Source: an uncultured Verrucomicrobiae bacterium
GTDB lineage: Bacteria; Verrucomicrobiota; Verrucomicrobiia; Chthoniobacterales; UBA10450
Assembly (NCBI GenBank): GCA_963772365.1
Contig: CAVYXA010000003.1
Span: forward strand, 768,896 to 832,895
Direction of reading: 5' to 3'
DNA length: 64,000 nt
Position 1 is the first letter of the stretch, and every line of letters starts with the position of its first letter. Positions 17,560 to 28,122 of the stretch are shown here, one piece after another. A program made the position numbers and the translations under genes. A model generated the notes under the pieces. That model did no database searches and was not told the origin of the DNA. It worked only from the letters and a program-made list of their open reading frames with translations.

Positions 17560-20500
17560 CTACTTCTCCGTCACCGTGAACACCCCGCCGTCGCTCCGCC
17601 CGTACACCGCCGGGTTGTACATCTCCTCCGCATGGGCCGGCGGCCGGATGAACACGCCCGGCGTCGTGGCGCGAGCGATGTAGCTCATGGTGTAGGTCCC
17701 CTTCCACAGCACGGTGGCGGAGTAGAGCACCCGGGCATCGCCCATTTCCTTGTGGTCGAAGGGAGACCACCAGCCGCTGTCCCAGCTGCCGTAGTACCAC
17801 CCGATCTCGCTGTCGCTCCGTCCCTCGCCGCCTTCGTCCTCCGCCTCCTCCGGCGAGAGGTACGCCGGCTTCTCATCGACACCGGGACCGGGTGCAAGGC
17901 TGGCTGTGCGCAGGCTGAGGTCCACCGCTTCGAGACCGGCGGGCAACGCATCGTCCACGATCACGAATTGGCGGTTGGTCGGCACCGTGATCCGGAGGCG
18001 GACTCTCACCAGCTGGCCGGCGGCCACACTGACGATCGGATTGGGCGCATCGTACTTCTCGTACCAGCGCTCCAGCCTGATACCCTGATCCTCCGGGTTT
18101 ACCGGTCGTTGCTTCGGGACCTCGGTGACCGTCAGGTAGTAATAGATCGGCGGGCCGTTCCCGGTGGCACGGAGACTGAACCTGACCCCCTGCTTCCCGC
18201 CACCGAGACTGCTGATCAGGCCGGTGAGTGGCAGGGCGGAATCGGAAATCACCGGGGCCGGTCGGGGAATCCGTCCCGGTCCGGCCGGGGCCGACGGCAT
18301 GACCCCGCCGCTCCGGCTGAAAAGGGTCTTTCCCCCCGACTGCACCGTGAAGCTGCGGGACGCCCCCTCGCGCACGACCTTGTCGAATGCGACCAGGGCC
18401 GACACCACCGCGGAATAGTCCTGGGTGTTCCATGGCTCGAGATACCCGACGGCCTGGCCCTGCTGCACCAGTGTCTCCACCATCGGTCCCAGCAACGGGT
18501 GAGCCGAGTCAACGGCAAGTGTCGCGATCAGGAGGCGTGCGGTCGGCCGGGTCCGGGAGTAGAAGTAGTGATGCCAGGAGAGCGCCTCTTCCGGCACGAT
18601 CGCCCGGCGGCCTTCCACCTTCACCGCGCTCCATGCCGGCTCGAGCAGACCCCGGGCGGCCTTGAACGCCTTGCGCCGGGCCAGGATCTCGGCCAGCCGG
18701 GCCCGATCCTCCCAGGAAAGCTGGGCGGCATTTCGGAGCAGCTCATTCTCGGCCGGGAGTTCGGGCTTTCCATAGCGGCTCAGGAAATCGGCGGCCGCCA
18801 CCTGGTCGGCCAGCCCCGCCCGAACCTCGTCATACCAGCCGATCACCGGAGCCCGGACCGGCGCCGGGTTCTTGAGACCGTTGCGGAGATACCCGGCCAG
18901 TCGCGCCAGCACCGAATCATCCACCGCGACGCCGACCGACCGCGCCTCCAGCAGGGTGAGACCCGCATAGGCGCTGAGCCATGGGGTGGTCCAGTCATTC
19001 GGTCCCCAGTACCCGATGCCGCCGTCCGGCCGTTGCCGCCGGCTCAGCAGACTACCGCCAGCTCGATGTCACGCCGGGGGTCGCCCTTCAGCAGGGTCAG
19101 GCCTTTCACGGCGCTCTGGGCCCGGTACAGAGCGATGATCGGCTGCGCCGCGCTCGAGGTCTGCTCGCTGCAGTAGTAGGGGTAGACGTGCATCTCCCAG
19201 GCGATCCCCTGGATGATGCTGAGCGGAGAACTGCCCAGGGAGAGTTGCAGTCGCGAGCGGTCGGGGTCGATCCCGTCAGGCAGCTCCAGCTGGGCAGTCG
19301 CGGTGTCGGACAGGACTCCGGCGAGAGTCCAGGCCCGGGGCCGGTAAGCGGTCTTTACGTCGAGCCGCTTCTGGACCGCGTCGGCATCGCCCGCGCCGGA
19401 CACCTTGAATCGGAAGGTGGCGCTGTCGGCGCCGAGCGGCCCGATGCCGGGCTGCCTGAAGTCGAAGCGCACCTCTTTGCCGCGTCCGGCCTCGAGCTTC
19501 GCGGTCATGGCAGCGTCGCCCGTCAGCTGAGCGCCCTGGGCAGCGGCTTCTACCTTGACGGTCGGCGTGCCGCCGGCCCGCTGATTGATCACCACCCCGG
19601 CGGAGAACCTGTCACCTTCCCGAACGAACCGCGGGAGCGCCGGCCGGGCCAGCAGGGGACGGGTGACCAGCATCGGGGACTCGCCATTCCCATAGCGGTC
19701 ACCCGCCGTCACCGCGACGGCCATGACCCGGAAGGTGGTGAGATTGTCCGGCAGCTTTGCCTGGGCGATTGTCCCACCGCTCGAGTCGGTCACCACGCTG
19801 CCGAGAAAGAACGCGGTGGTCTTGAACTGCGAGCGGAAGACGTCGGCATCGCTCCCGCCCCCCCCGCCGCCAGGCGATCGGCCCTTTTCGCCTTCCGGCA
19901 CCTGCGGCGCAACCGTGGTGAGATTGCTGGAGAGCCTGAGGCCGAGTCCCCGGCGGGCGTAGAGCAGGTCGATCGGATCCGGCGTCTTGTATCCGGTAAG
20001 CGCCAGTACCCCCTCGTCGACCGCCCACAGGGTGACTTCACTCCGTTGTCCCACCCCATTCCGGTCCTTCACCTTGAGTTCTACCCGGGCGGTATCGCCG
20101 GGCCGGTACTCCGCCTGCGACGGCTTGACCGAGACGGTGAGCCGCTTCACTTCCGGGGTGACCCGCAACTCGGCGTAACCCACCCGGATGGTGGGACGAC
20201 CAGGGTCGTCCAGCGGTCCCGGCTTCTGACTCCGCCCCCGGGCCACCAGGATCGACACGAACACGTTGGGCGCCCACGACTCGACCACCGGGAACTTCAG
20301 CGTGGTGGACCCGGAGGTCAGCTTCATCCGGCGCTGCTCGATCAGCCCTTCCCGCTCGACGGTGATCCAGGCTTCGGCATCGGTGAAGGGAGAAGCGAAC
20401 ATCACCGAGGCGGTGTCCCCGACCGCGTAGGCGGTCTTGTCGGGGATCACATCCATCTTGAACTGGGTCTCGTCGCTCCAGGGCACCCAGTCGGACCCGA

Positions 20501-23357
20501 TGGCCCAGCGGTACACCGTCGTGGAAATGGGGCGGCCCTTTTCGTCGGTGGCGGCAAAGCCCAGGATGTAGCTCCCGCCTGACGGAGGCGTGAACCTGCA
20601 CTCGGCGCCGTTCCGGTCGGAGGTCGTCGACACCTTGCAGGTACCGACGGTGTCGGAGACCCACTCCCCGTAGACCTCGCTGTACCCACCACGGGTGCGG
20701 TGCACCCGGTGCCACTCCCGGCGCACGATGGTCCCCGTGACCTTGACGCCGGCCACCCGCTCGCCGGTTGGCTTCACCGCGATCAGGGCGACCGACTGCG
20801 GCTTGCCGGCGGTCCAGAAGTAGTTCTGACCCAGCGGGCGGGCGCCTATATAGAAGGAAGAGGGATGGACCAGGAAGGAGGTGGAGGCCCCCACTGCCTG
20901 CCGGTTCACATCGGTCACCGACGCCTCGATCGTGGCCCGGGCCGGCCGGCCCTTCGGCGGCATGACCAGACCGACCCGGATGCTGCTCCTTCCCTGGGCG
21001 TCGAGGGTATCGATCCCCTGGCCGATCACCTGGGTCTCGGACCGGTTCTCTTCTTCCCACCAGTAGCCGTTCTCTCCGAACCAGAAGCCGTCCGTGTTGG
21101 GGATATCGAGACCCCAGAAGTCGATCGAGGTCTGGCGGGCTACCCAGGTCACGGCCGAACGGGCCATTGGGGCCCCGAAGAGGTAGCGCGCCTCGATCTG
21201 GGCGGTCGCGCTGTCACCGGGGAACCGGGGGGCGCTGTCGCTGCTGGCAGTGACCAGGAACTCGGGTGGGCGGTACTCGGCAACCCGGTACCAGGTGCTG
21301 GCCAGCGTCACCCACTTGCCGCCCCGCCGCTGCTCCACCGAAATGCTGTAGGTGCCGAGCGGTACGTCGCCCGGGAGGTCCAGCTTCTGGTCGGTTGTCC
21401 CGAACGCGGAGGGCGCCTGAACGACCTCCTTGAGGATCCCGCCATCCCTGTTGTTGAAGACCCAGTGCACACTGTCGGTGCGGGCCGGGAGCGTGAGCGT
21501 CCCGAGAGCGCCGACTCGGAAGATCGCCTTGGCATAGACCGGCTCTCCGGGACGGTAGATCCCCCGCTCGGTGAAGACTCCGGCCGCCACCGGCTGCCGC
21601 TCGTTCCCGTAGCCGGAGCGCACGTTGAACCGCCATGGGCTCAGGTCGGGGTCGTAGCTGCTGATGCTGGTCAGCGCCCGGTCGTTCCCCAGCCGGACCA
21701 TCACGTAGCCCTCGAGTCCCCAGTCCTGCGCCGCGCTGTCCGGCTTGAAGCCGGTCAGTCGGGCGACGCCGTCGGGCCCGGTACGGGCGGTCGAGCGGAT
21801 CTTCCCCTTGTTGTCATACAGCGAGACCTGGGCGCCCGCCTTCGGCTTTCCGTCATTGACGCCGGTCACCCAGACCACGCCCTCGGCCAGACCGATCTTG
21901 GCGTGAACCGCGAGGTCGGTCACCTGCACCAGGGCGTACGGTTGATTGTCCTGCCACGACTGCGAGAGCTCCGGGCTGGTGACCTTGACGATCTGGAGCA
22001 CCGGAGAGCCCGGACGCTGGGCGTTGTAGACCGGCAGCTTTGCCCCATAGATCTGAACCCGGTCCCGGGGCCCGGTCACCACCACCTTCCGGGTGACGGC
22101 TCCCTTGAGTACCCGCGCCAGCACACTGTCGTCCCGTTCCCAGCGGCTGTACTGCAGCATTCCCGGAATCAGGGCGTCGGGCACCGGGGCGGTCGTGATC
22201 GTCAGGGTGTCGACGTTCACGTGCTTGACCGCCAGGGTTCCGAATCCGTTGCGCTCGACCGTCATCCGGCCGTACTCGTGGTCTACCAGCGGGGCATAGC
22301 CGGTAGTTCGGAAGCCGGAAGCAGGGTTACCGATGAGCTTCTGTCCGAACACGTCCCGTATCGCCGTATCGACGATCGCCGCATAGGCCGTGTGCGGTTG
22401 CAGGGTGGTCTCGATGTACCAGTTGGCCAGCTCGGCCCCGGTGTCGGAGATGGTGTATTCGACTCTGGGAAGGACCGTCAGGTGAGCCTCGAGCTCCGAG
22501 CCCTTCACCGGGTTGGTGAAGAAGAGCCGGATCCCACCGGTGGGGCAGTTGTTGGAGTCGCCGGCGCAGTCGGCTCGGACCAGCTCGAACTTGCCGTAAG
22601 TGGCGAAGCTCCAGCGGGCAAATGGCTTGGTTCCCTCCGGATCGATCACGGTGGGTACGACCAGCTCGCCGGAACAGCCGAGTGGAAGCGGCCTTTCGGG
22701 AGTGAGGGTAATCACCCGCCGATAGGAATCGGCCGAGCGATCCCGTTCCCACCCGCCGGCCTCCCGGTACTGCCAGGAGTCTTTCTCATTGATTGCGCGC
22801 TGGCCGGTCGCGTTCAGCTTGATGACCCCGGGATTCGAACAGTTCTGGTTGAAATCCAGGTACGCCAGGCCACGGAGCGTATTGCGGTCCACTTCGGCAC
22901 TGAACACCAGCTCGAAGGTCGCCTTGGGCGTGAGCCAGCTCGAATGGGCGCTCTCGGAAACCGGGAGGCCGGTCAGCAGCTTGGGGCCGGTAACGGCGAA
23001 GGAGTAGCTGTAGGGCTGTTCCAGCCGGCTGCCGTCCATCGCCTCGAAGTTGTTGGCGACGGTGACGGTGTAGCTCTGGCCGGGCTTGAGCGGGCCGACG
23101 GGGAGGAATCGCAGGGTGACCGGGTCCCGCCACTCGGCCTTGCCCGTGACCTTCGGCTCGATCGACAGGATCGACGCCGCATCGACCGTCCGGTCCAGCG
23201 ACCCGGCCACCGGCCGGTCGAAGACGATCTGGATACTGGAGGTGAGCGAGGCCTCGCCGGATGGGGAAGGCGAAGTCGAGAGAACCTGCAGTGCGGTGGG
23301 CGGCTCGGCGGCAACCACGGCGACGGCGATCGCGGCCAGAACCCGGGCGGACAGCAT
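17560..23357 (-). CDS. Bacterial alpha-2-macroglobulin family protein, one frameshift at ~19050
   Basis: FTERGIYRPGE, EYRPPEF, AVDEGVL, LPDNLTTFRV, thioester YYCSEQ, DALPAGLE, ATTPGVF, AEEMYNP. Confidence 0.93.
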
Positions 23358-23458
23358 GAAAACACAGCTCCGAAGGGAGAGTCATCAGAAGATGATCATT
23401 CCCGTCGGTGCGTCAATGAAGGAGCAAGTACTCAAATGATTCTGATATCGGGTCGTAA

Positions 23459-23850
23459 TGGTCGAGGGTCAAAGGTCGGGGTGGAGGTCGAGGGTCGAGG
23501 GTCGAGGCATAGACCTCCTCGACCCTCGACCTCAACCCTTGACCCTCACCCGCCGCTTCGAAGGCTCTGGCCACCAGATGCGGGGCGACCGCGGCAGGCG
23601 AGCGCCAGCACGCCGGTGCCGGAGCTCATCCTTGCGCGCGGTGGGACCCTGCAGCCGGGCCCAGAGGCCAACTCGAGACATGGTTACCTCGACTCTCAGT
23701 CAAAGTGGTTCCGGCACCGGCAGGGAGCCGACTCCGGCCCCATGACCCTCGACCCTCGACCCTCGACCGATGACCCTCGACCCTCGACCCATGACCCTCG
23801 ACCCTCGACCCTCGACCCTCGACCGATGACCCTCGACCCCTGACTCCTGA
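23459..23850. repeat. Heptamer (CGACCCT)n tracts: inverted pair at 23459-23550 and a direct tract at 23740-23850
   Basis: Read directly. Confidence 0.88.
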
Positions 23851-24462
23851 CTACCTCACATCCACGATCCACCCATAGTCATCCAGCCGCATGGTGCGGG
23901 GTCCCTCGCCCGCCGCCGGAAGGGCGAACTCGACGGAATGGGAAGCACCGAGGTACAGCCGCCGTACTGATTCATTGAACTGGGGGGAGCAATCCCCTTC
24001 GACCAGGGCCTCGGCGGCGCCAGTCGGCGCGAACCAGCGCAGCTCCACCCGGGCCTTGTCAGCCCCGTCGGTCAGCACGCCGGCCCGGGCGGACACCGTC
24101 CCCTCGCTGGTGAGGGTCAGGGTGCAGACTGAGGCGGCGCTGCCATGCACCCCGCAGAACCGGATACTCGCCTTCCGGGTCAGCTGTCCGCTGTAGGCCC
24201 CTTCCGGACTCTGGATCAGCCGGCCTTCCAGGACTTCCTGCCCCCCATTCACGCAGCCCAACCCACCGTCGGAGAGCTGGGGCCAGTCGCTGACCAGGCG
24301 CACCTGATAGGCCGCCTTCAGTAAGGCAGTGCGCGGAGCGACTCGGGCGACCGTCATCCGGGTCCCGGCCAGAGGAGGAGCCGCAAGAGCGAGGGACTCC
24401 TGAGCTGAGAGTGGTCGAGTGGCGGCCAGAGCAATCACTCCAGCAATCAGGGTACGTCGCAT
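23851..24462 (-). CDS. Hypothetical secreted protein
   Basis: Signal-like MRRTLIAGVIALAATRPLSAQ and four Cys. No recognised domain. Confidence 0.7.
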   Translation of the reverse strand: MRRTLIAGVIALAATRPLSAQESLALAAPPLAGTRMTVARVAPRTALLKAAYQVRLVSDWPQLSDGGLGCVNGGQEVLEGRLIQSPEGAYSGQLTRKASIRFCGVHGSAASVCTLTLTSEGTVSARAGVLTDGADKARVELRWFAPTGAAEALVEGDCSPQFNESVRRLYLGASHSVEFALPAAGEGPRTMRLDDYGWIVDVR

Positions 24463-24544
24463 CGAAGGCTCCATCACGGGTTCGCCCTCTACTATGACAA
24501 GACTCGTGCCGGGCACCGGCGGGCGCTGTCGTCGGCCAGACAAC

Positions 24545-24581
24545 AAGGCGGAACCGCATACTGGCATTGCGGTTCCGCCTT
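24545..24581. terminator. 14-bp perfect stem-loop downstream of the sigma54 activator
   Basis: AAGGCGGAACCGCA-N9-TGCGGTTCCGCCTT. The U-tract is weak. Confidence 0.5.
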
Positions 24582-24664
24582 TCGATCGGATCGTCCGTTC
24601 GAACGATTCGTGACCGGGCTCCCATACACCTTTGTGGGTGTCGAGGCCGGGCGCTACAGAATTG

Positions 24665-26227
24665 TCAGGTGAAGCGGCCCGGCTGAATCTGATAGCGCTT
24701 GAGCTTGTAGCGCAGGATCCTCTCGGTGGTCGCCAGCAGCCGCGCCGCCTCGGTTACCGAGCCGCGGGTGGTCTTGAGCGCATCCTGAAGCAGGTCGCGC
24801 TCCAATTGACCCACCGCAGCCTTGAGCGAACCGGGAGCCTCGTCGGTCCCCTCGGCGGTCTGCAGCGTCGGCGGGAGGTGACGGCCATGAATGGCCGTAC
24901 CGTCGCAGACCACGACCGCCCGTTCGATAACATTCTCCAGCTCCCGAACATTTCCCGGCCAGTGATAGCGGATCAGCATGTCGATCGCCGGCGTAGTGAT
25001 CCGCTGGACCAATCGGTCATGGGCCCGGGCGTACTTCTCCACGAAGTGATCGGCCAGGAGCAGGATATCGGGCTTTCGCTCCCTGAGTGGCGGGAGGAAA
25101 AGGGGGAAGACGTTGAGCCGGTAATAGAGGTCGTCCCGAAACCGGCGTTCGGCGATGGCCTGCTCCAGGTCCCGGTTGGTCGCGGCGATCAGCCGGACAT
25201 CCACCCGGAGCACCTCAGTCCCGCCGACCCGCTCGAACTCCCGTTCCTGCAGGACCCGGAGAAGCTTGGCCTGAGTCGACAGGCTGAGCTCGCCGATCTC
25301 GTCCAGGAAGAGGGTGCCGCCGTGGGCCAGTTCGAAGCGGCCCTTCTTCCGGGCCTGGGCCCCGGTGAAGGCCCCCCTTTCGTGGCCGAACAGCTCCGAT
25401 TCGATCAGGGTCTCGGGCAACGCGGCACAGTTCACCCGGATGAACGGGCCGGCAGCGCGGGCGCTGTTGTAGTGGATCGCGTGGGCGACCAGCTCCTTGC
25501 CGGTTCCCGATTCGCCCCGGAGCAGCACCGAGGTATTGGTGACACTCACCTGGGCGACCTGCCCCAGGAGGTCTTTCATGGGTCCGCTGGTTCCGACCAG
25601 GTGGTCGAAGTCATACCGCTCCCGCAACTCCCGCTTCAGTGTCTGGTTCTCCTGCTCCAGCGATCGTCGCGCCGCCTCGACCGGTCGCTGGGTCCGGAGC
25701 GCCAGGGCTACCAGCGAGCTGACCACATTGAGGAAGCGGAGCAGGTGAGCCGGCTCCCGGACCAGCCGCCCGGGCAGGTCCACCGAAATCGCCCCCACCG
25801 GCCGGTGGTCCAGCAGGATCGGCACACAGACGAAGCTCAGGGCGTCCCCGCTGGGGATGCGGCGAACGGTCCGGTGAAGAAAGCGCGGTTCCCGTTCCAC
25901 ATCCGGAACCACGATCGACCGGCCGGTGGCAACCACTTCGCCGGTAATACCCTCGCCCAGCCGATAGCGGGCCAGCCGCGCGTTGTCCGGCAGGTTGAGC
26001 GAGGCCTCGATGTAGAGCTCCCCGGTTTCCTCGTCGATCAGCGTGAGAGCTCCCCGCAGCGCACCAGGGTAGCGATTGAGCCGCAGCATCGTCTGGCCCA
26101 GGCCCTCATGGAGCGAGGGCGCCGAGGCGAGCAGCTCGCTGAGGTCGTACAGGGTGGTCAGTTCGACCAGTTGATCCGGTTCCGTCTCCGCCACCGGGGC
26201 GTGAGACAACATCGGTTGGGCAGTCAC
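24665..26227 (-). CDS. NifA-like sigma54-dependent activator (GAF-AAA+-Fis HTH)
   Basis: N-terminal [50 protein letters not shown]-terminal HTH. Confidence 0.92.
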   Translation of the reverse strand: MTAQPMLSHAPVAETEPDQLVELTTLYDLSELLASAPSLHEGLGQTMLRLNRYPGALRGALTLIDEETGELYIEASLNLPDNARLARYRLGEGITGEVVATGRSIVVPDVEREPRFLHRTVRRIPSGDALSFVCVPILLDHRPVGAISVDLPGRLVREPAHLLRFLNVVSSLVALALRTQRPVEAARRSLEQENQTLKRELRERYDFDHLVGTSGPMKDLLGQVAQVSVTNTSVLLRGESGTGKELVAHAIHYNSARAAGPFIRVNCAALPETLIESELFGHERGAFTGAQARKKGRFELAHGGTLFLDEIGELSLSTQAKLLRVLQEREFERVGGTEVLRVDVRLIAATNRDLEQAIAERRFRDDLYYRLNVFPLFLPPLRERKPDILLLADHFVEKYARAHDRLVQRITTPAIDMLIRYHWPGNVRELENVIERAVVVCDGTAIHGRHLPPTLQTAEGTDEAPGSLKAAVGQLERDLLQDALKTTRGSVTEAARLLATTERILRYKLKRYQIQPGRFT

Positions 26228-26442
26228 GGCAGGCTCCAGTCCTTCGGAAAATTGTCCTGGTCAAAACGAGTGCGGCCCGCTGGTGAGAAGCGGGCCGCAT
26301 CACGATAACTGAACCGACGGCGCCCCTTCTCGCTAAATGCAGTTCCAATTCCCCCGGCAATTGAGCCAGGAGGCATTGAACGTGTGGGCGTTGTCGGCGA
26401 TGAGAATCATGGATAGAGGATAGGGACGATCACTCCCGATGG

Positions 26443-27411
26443 TCAAGTCACAAGATTGTCCCGATCGCCGGCGGATTGTGGAGAATTCACCACCGGCGGC
26501 CGCACCGCGATCTCCCGACCTGTGATGATGAGCACAACCGCGGCGACGATGACCAGCGATGCGATGAATGAGCCGGTCGAGAGGGTCTCGCCGCCGAAGG
26601 ACCAGCCCAGGAAGACCGCCACCATCGGATTCACGTATCCTGCGGTGGCCACTTTGTTTGGCGAGGTCACCTTGAGCAACCAGGCGAAGCAGGTGAACGC
26701 GACCAGCGATCCGAAGACCACCAGGTACGCGAATGACAGCAATGACTTGAGAGTCACCATCGATGGGACGAAATGTCCGGCATCGCCAGTCGCCAGGCTC
26801 AAGGCCAGCAGCAGTACCCCGCCGCAAAGCATTTCCATTCCCGAGGCCAGCGACAGGGTGTCGGGGAGATCGGCGGTCCGACTCAGCACCGAGGCGAGGG
26901 CCCAGGCGAAGGTGCTGCACATGAGGAGAAGGACCCCGATCGGATCGGCGCTGCCTTCACCCGACCCACCGGGCATCACCAGCAGGGCGACACCGAGAAA
27001 GCCCAGGACGATGCCGGCCAGGACCATCCCGGTCGGGCGGGCTCCCCCGGGCCGAAACCATTCGAGCAATGCGGTCCAGACCGAGACCATGGCCACGATC
27101 AGCGCGGTCAGGCCGGAAGGGAGACGCTGCTCGACCCATACCACCGCCCCATTGCCGACCAGGAAGAACAGGGCCCCCAGCAGCAGCGCCCACATCCACT
27201 GCGAGCGACTCGGCCTGGGGGCTCCGCGGAAGCGGGCCCAGAGAAAGAGCGCTCCGCCGGCCAACAGGAACCGTCCGGCCGCCATCAGGAACGGCGGCAG
27301 CGAATGGATCGCAAACGCGATGGCGAGGTAGGTCGAACCCCAGATGATGTAGATAGCGAGAAATGCGGTGACCAGCCGGGTTCTCGCCTGCCGGATGGCC
27401 TCAGGTGTCAC
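26443..27411 (-). CDS. EamA/DMT family transporter (YedA-like)
   Basis: IYIIWGSTYLAI, about 10 hydrophobic helices, YVNPMVAV. Confidence 0.92.
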   Translation of the reverse strand: MTPEAIRQARTRLVTAFLAIYIIWGSTYLAIAFAIHSLPPFLMAAGRFLLAGGALFLWARFRGAPRPSRSQWMWALLLGALFFLVGNGAVVWVEQRLPSGLTALIVAMVSVWTALLEWFRPGGARPTGMVLAGIVLGFLGVALLVMPGGSGEGSADPIGVLLLMCSTFAWALASVLSRTADLPDTLSLASGMEMLCGGVLLLALSLATGDAGHFVPSMVTLKSLLSFAYLVVFGSLVAFTCFAWLLKVTSPNKVATAGYVNPMVAVFLGWSFGGETLSTGSFIASLVIVAAVVLIITGREIAVRPPVVNSPQSAGDRDNLVT

Positions 27412-27881
27412 GAGCAGCTCCTTCGGGTTCCGGGAGCGCCAAAGCCGCCGTCTCCTTTACGGTGCTGAGCACGATGGTACTCCGGGTATTCCTCACCCCC
27501 TTGAGCCGGCCAAACCGCTCGCGGAGGAGCCGGCTGCAGGCCCTCGGTGTCGGCCACCCGCACCTTGGCCAGATAGCAGTCCTCCCCCGCGACGTGGTGA
27601 AGCTCCTGCACCTCGGGGATGCGGGCGAGGGCCTGACCGATGGCGCCGGAGCCCACCCGTTCCTCGGTCCGGACCAGGATGAAGGCCGTCAGTCCGAGGC
27701 CAACGGCTCCCGCGTCAATCGAGGCGGTATACCCCTGGACGACGCCACGCTGTTCCAGCTTGCGAATACGGTCGAGAATGGCCGAGGGCGCCATGCCCAG
27801 CTTGCGGGCGATATCGGCGTTGCTGATGCGGGCATTGGCCTGGAGCAGGTCGAGGATGGCGAGATCGGTGGCGTCGAGCAT
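27408..27881 (-). CDS. Lrp/AsnC family regulator, frameshift near the 3' end
   Basis: MLDATDLAILDLLQANARISNADIARKLG..RIRKLEQRGVV..GY, VAGEDCYL. Confidence 0.9.
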   Translation of the reverse strand: MLDATDLAILDLLQANARISNADIARKLGMAPSAILDRIRKLEQRGVVQGYTASIDAGAVGLGLTAFILVRTEERVGSGAIGQALARIPEVQELHHVAGEDCYLAKVRVADTEGLQPAPPRAVWPAQGGEEYPEYHRAQHRKGDGGFGAPGTRRSCS

Positions 27882-27894
27882 GCGAAGCACCTGG

Positions 27895-27990
27895 CGGACA
27901 GACGGAGCAGACGGACAGACGGACAGACGGACAGACGGACAGACGGACAGACGGACAGACGGACAGACGGACAGACGGACAGATGGACAG
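27895..27990. repeat. Octamer (GACGGACA)n microsatellite, about 11 copies
   Basis: Read directly, just upstream of the lrp start. Confidence 0.92.
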
Positions 27991-28122
27991 AGTGATCAAG
28001 CACGAAGCGGCAATCGTTCGGTACAAGGTCTAATTTACCGAATAATCGTCGGCAATCAACCACAGATACCGCCGATCCGACACGCCCTCCAGTTCGCCCT
28101 CCCCCGGGCCGATAGTCAGAGC

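Noticed and set aside
20700..23843. Long antisense ORFs (also 17632-19176, 24632-26308, 28030-29964, 47815-50382)
   Set aside because: These are shadow frames of well-supported opposite-strand genes in high-GC DNA and show no motifs.
24665..26227. Nitrogen fixation locus (nifA)
   Set aside because: Only the domain architecture is shared. No nif structural or assembly genes are present.
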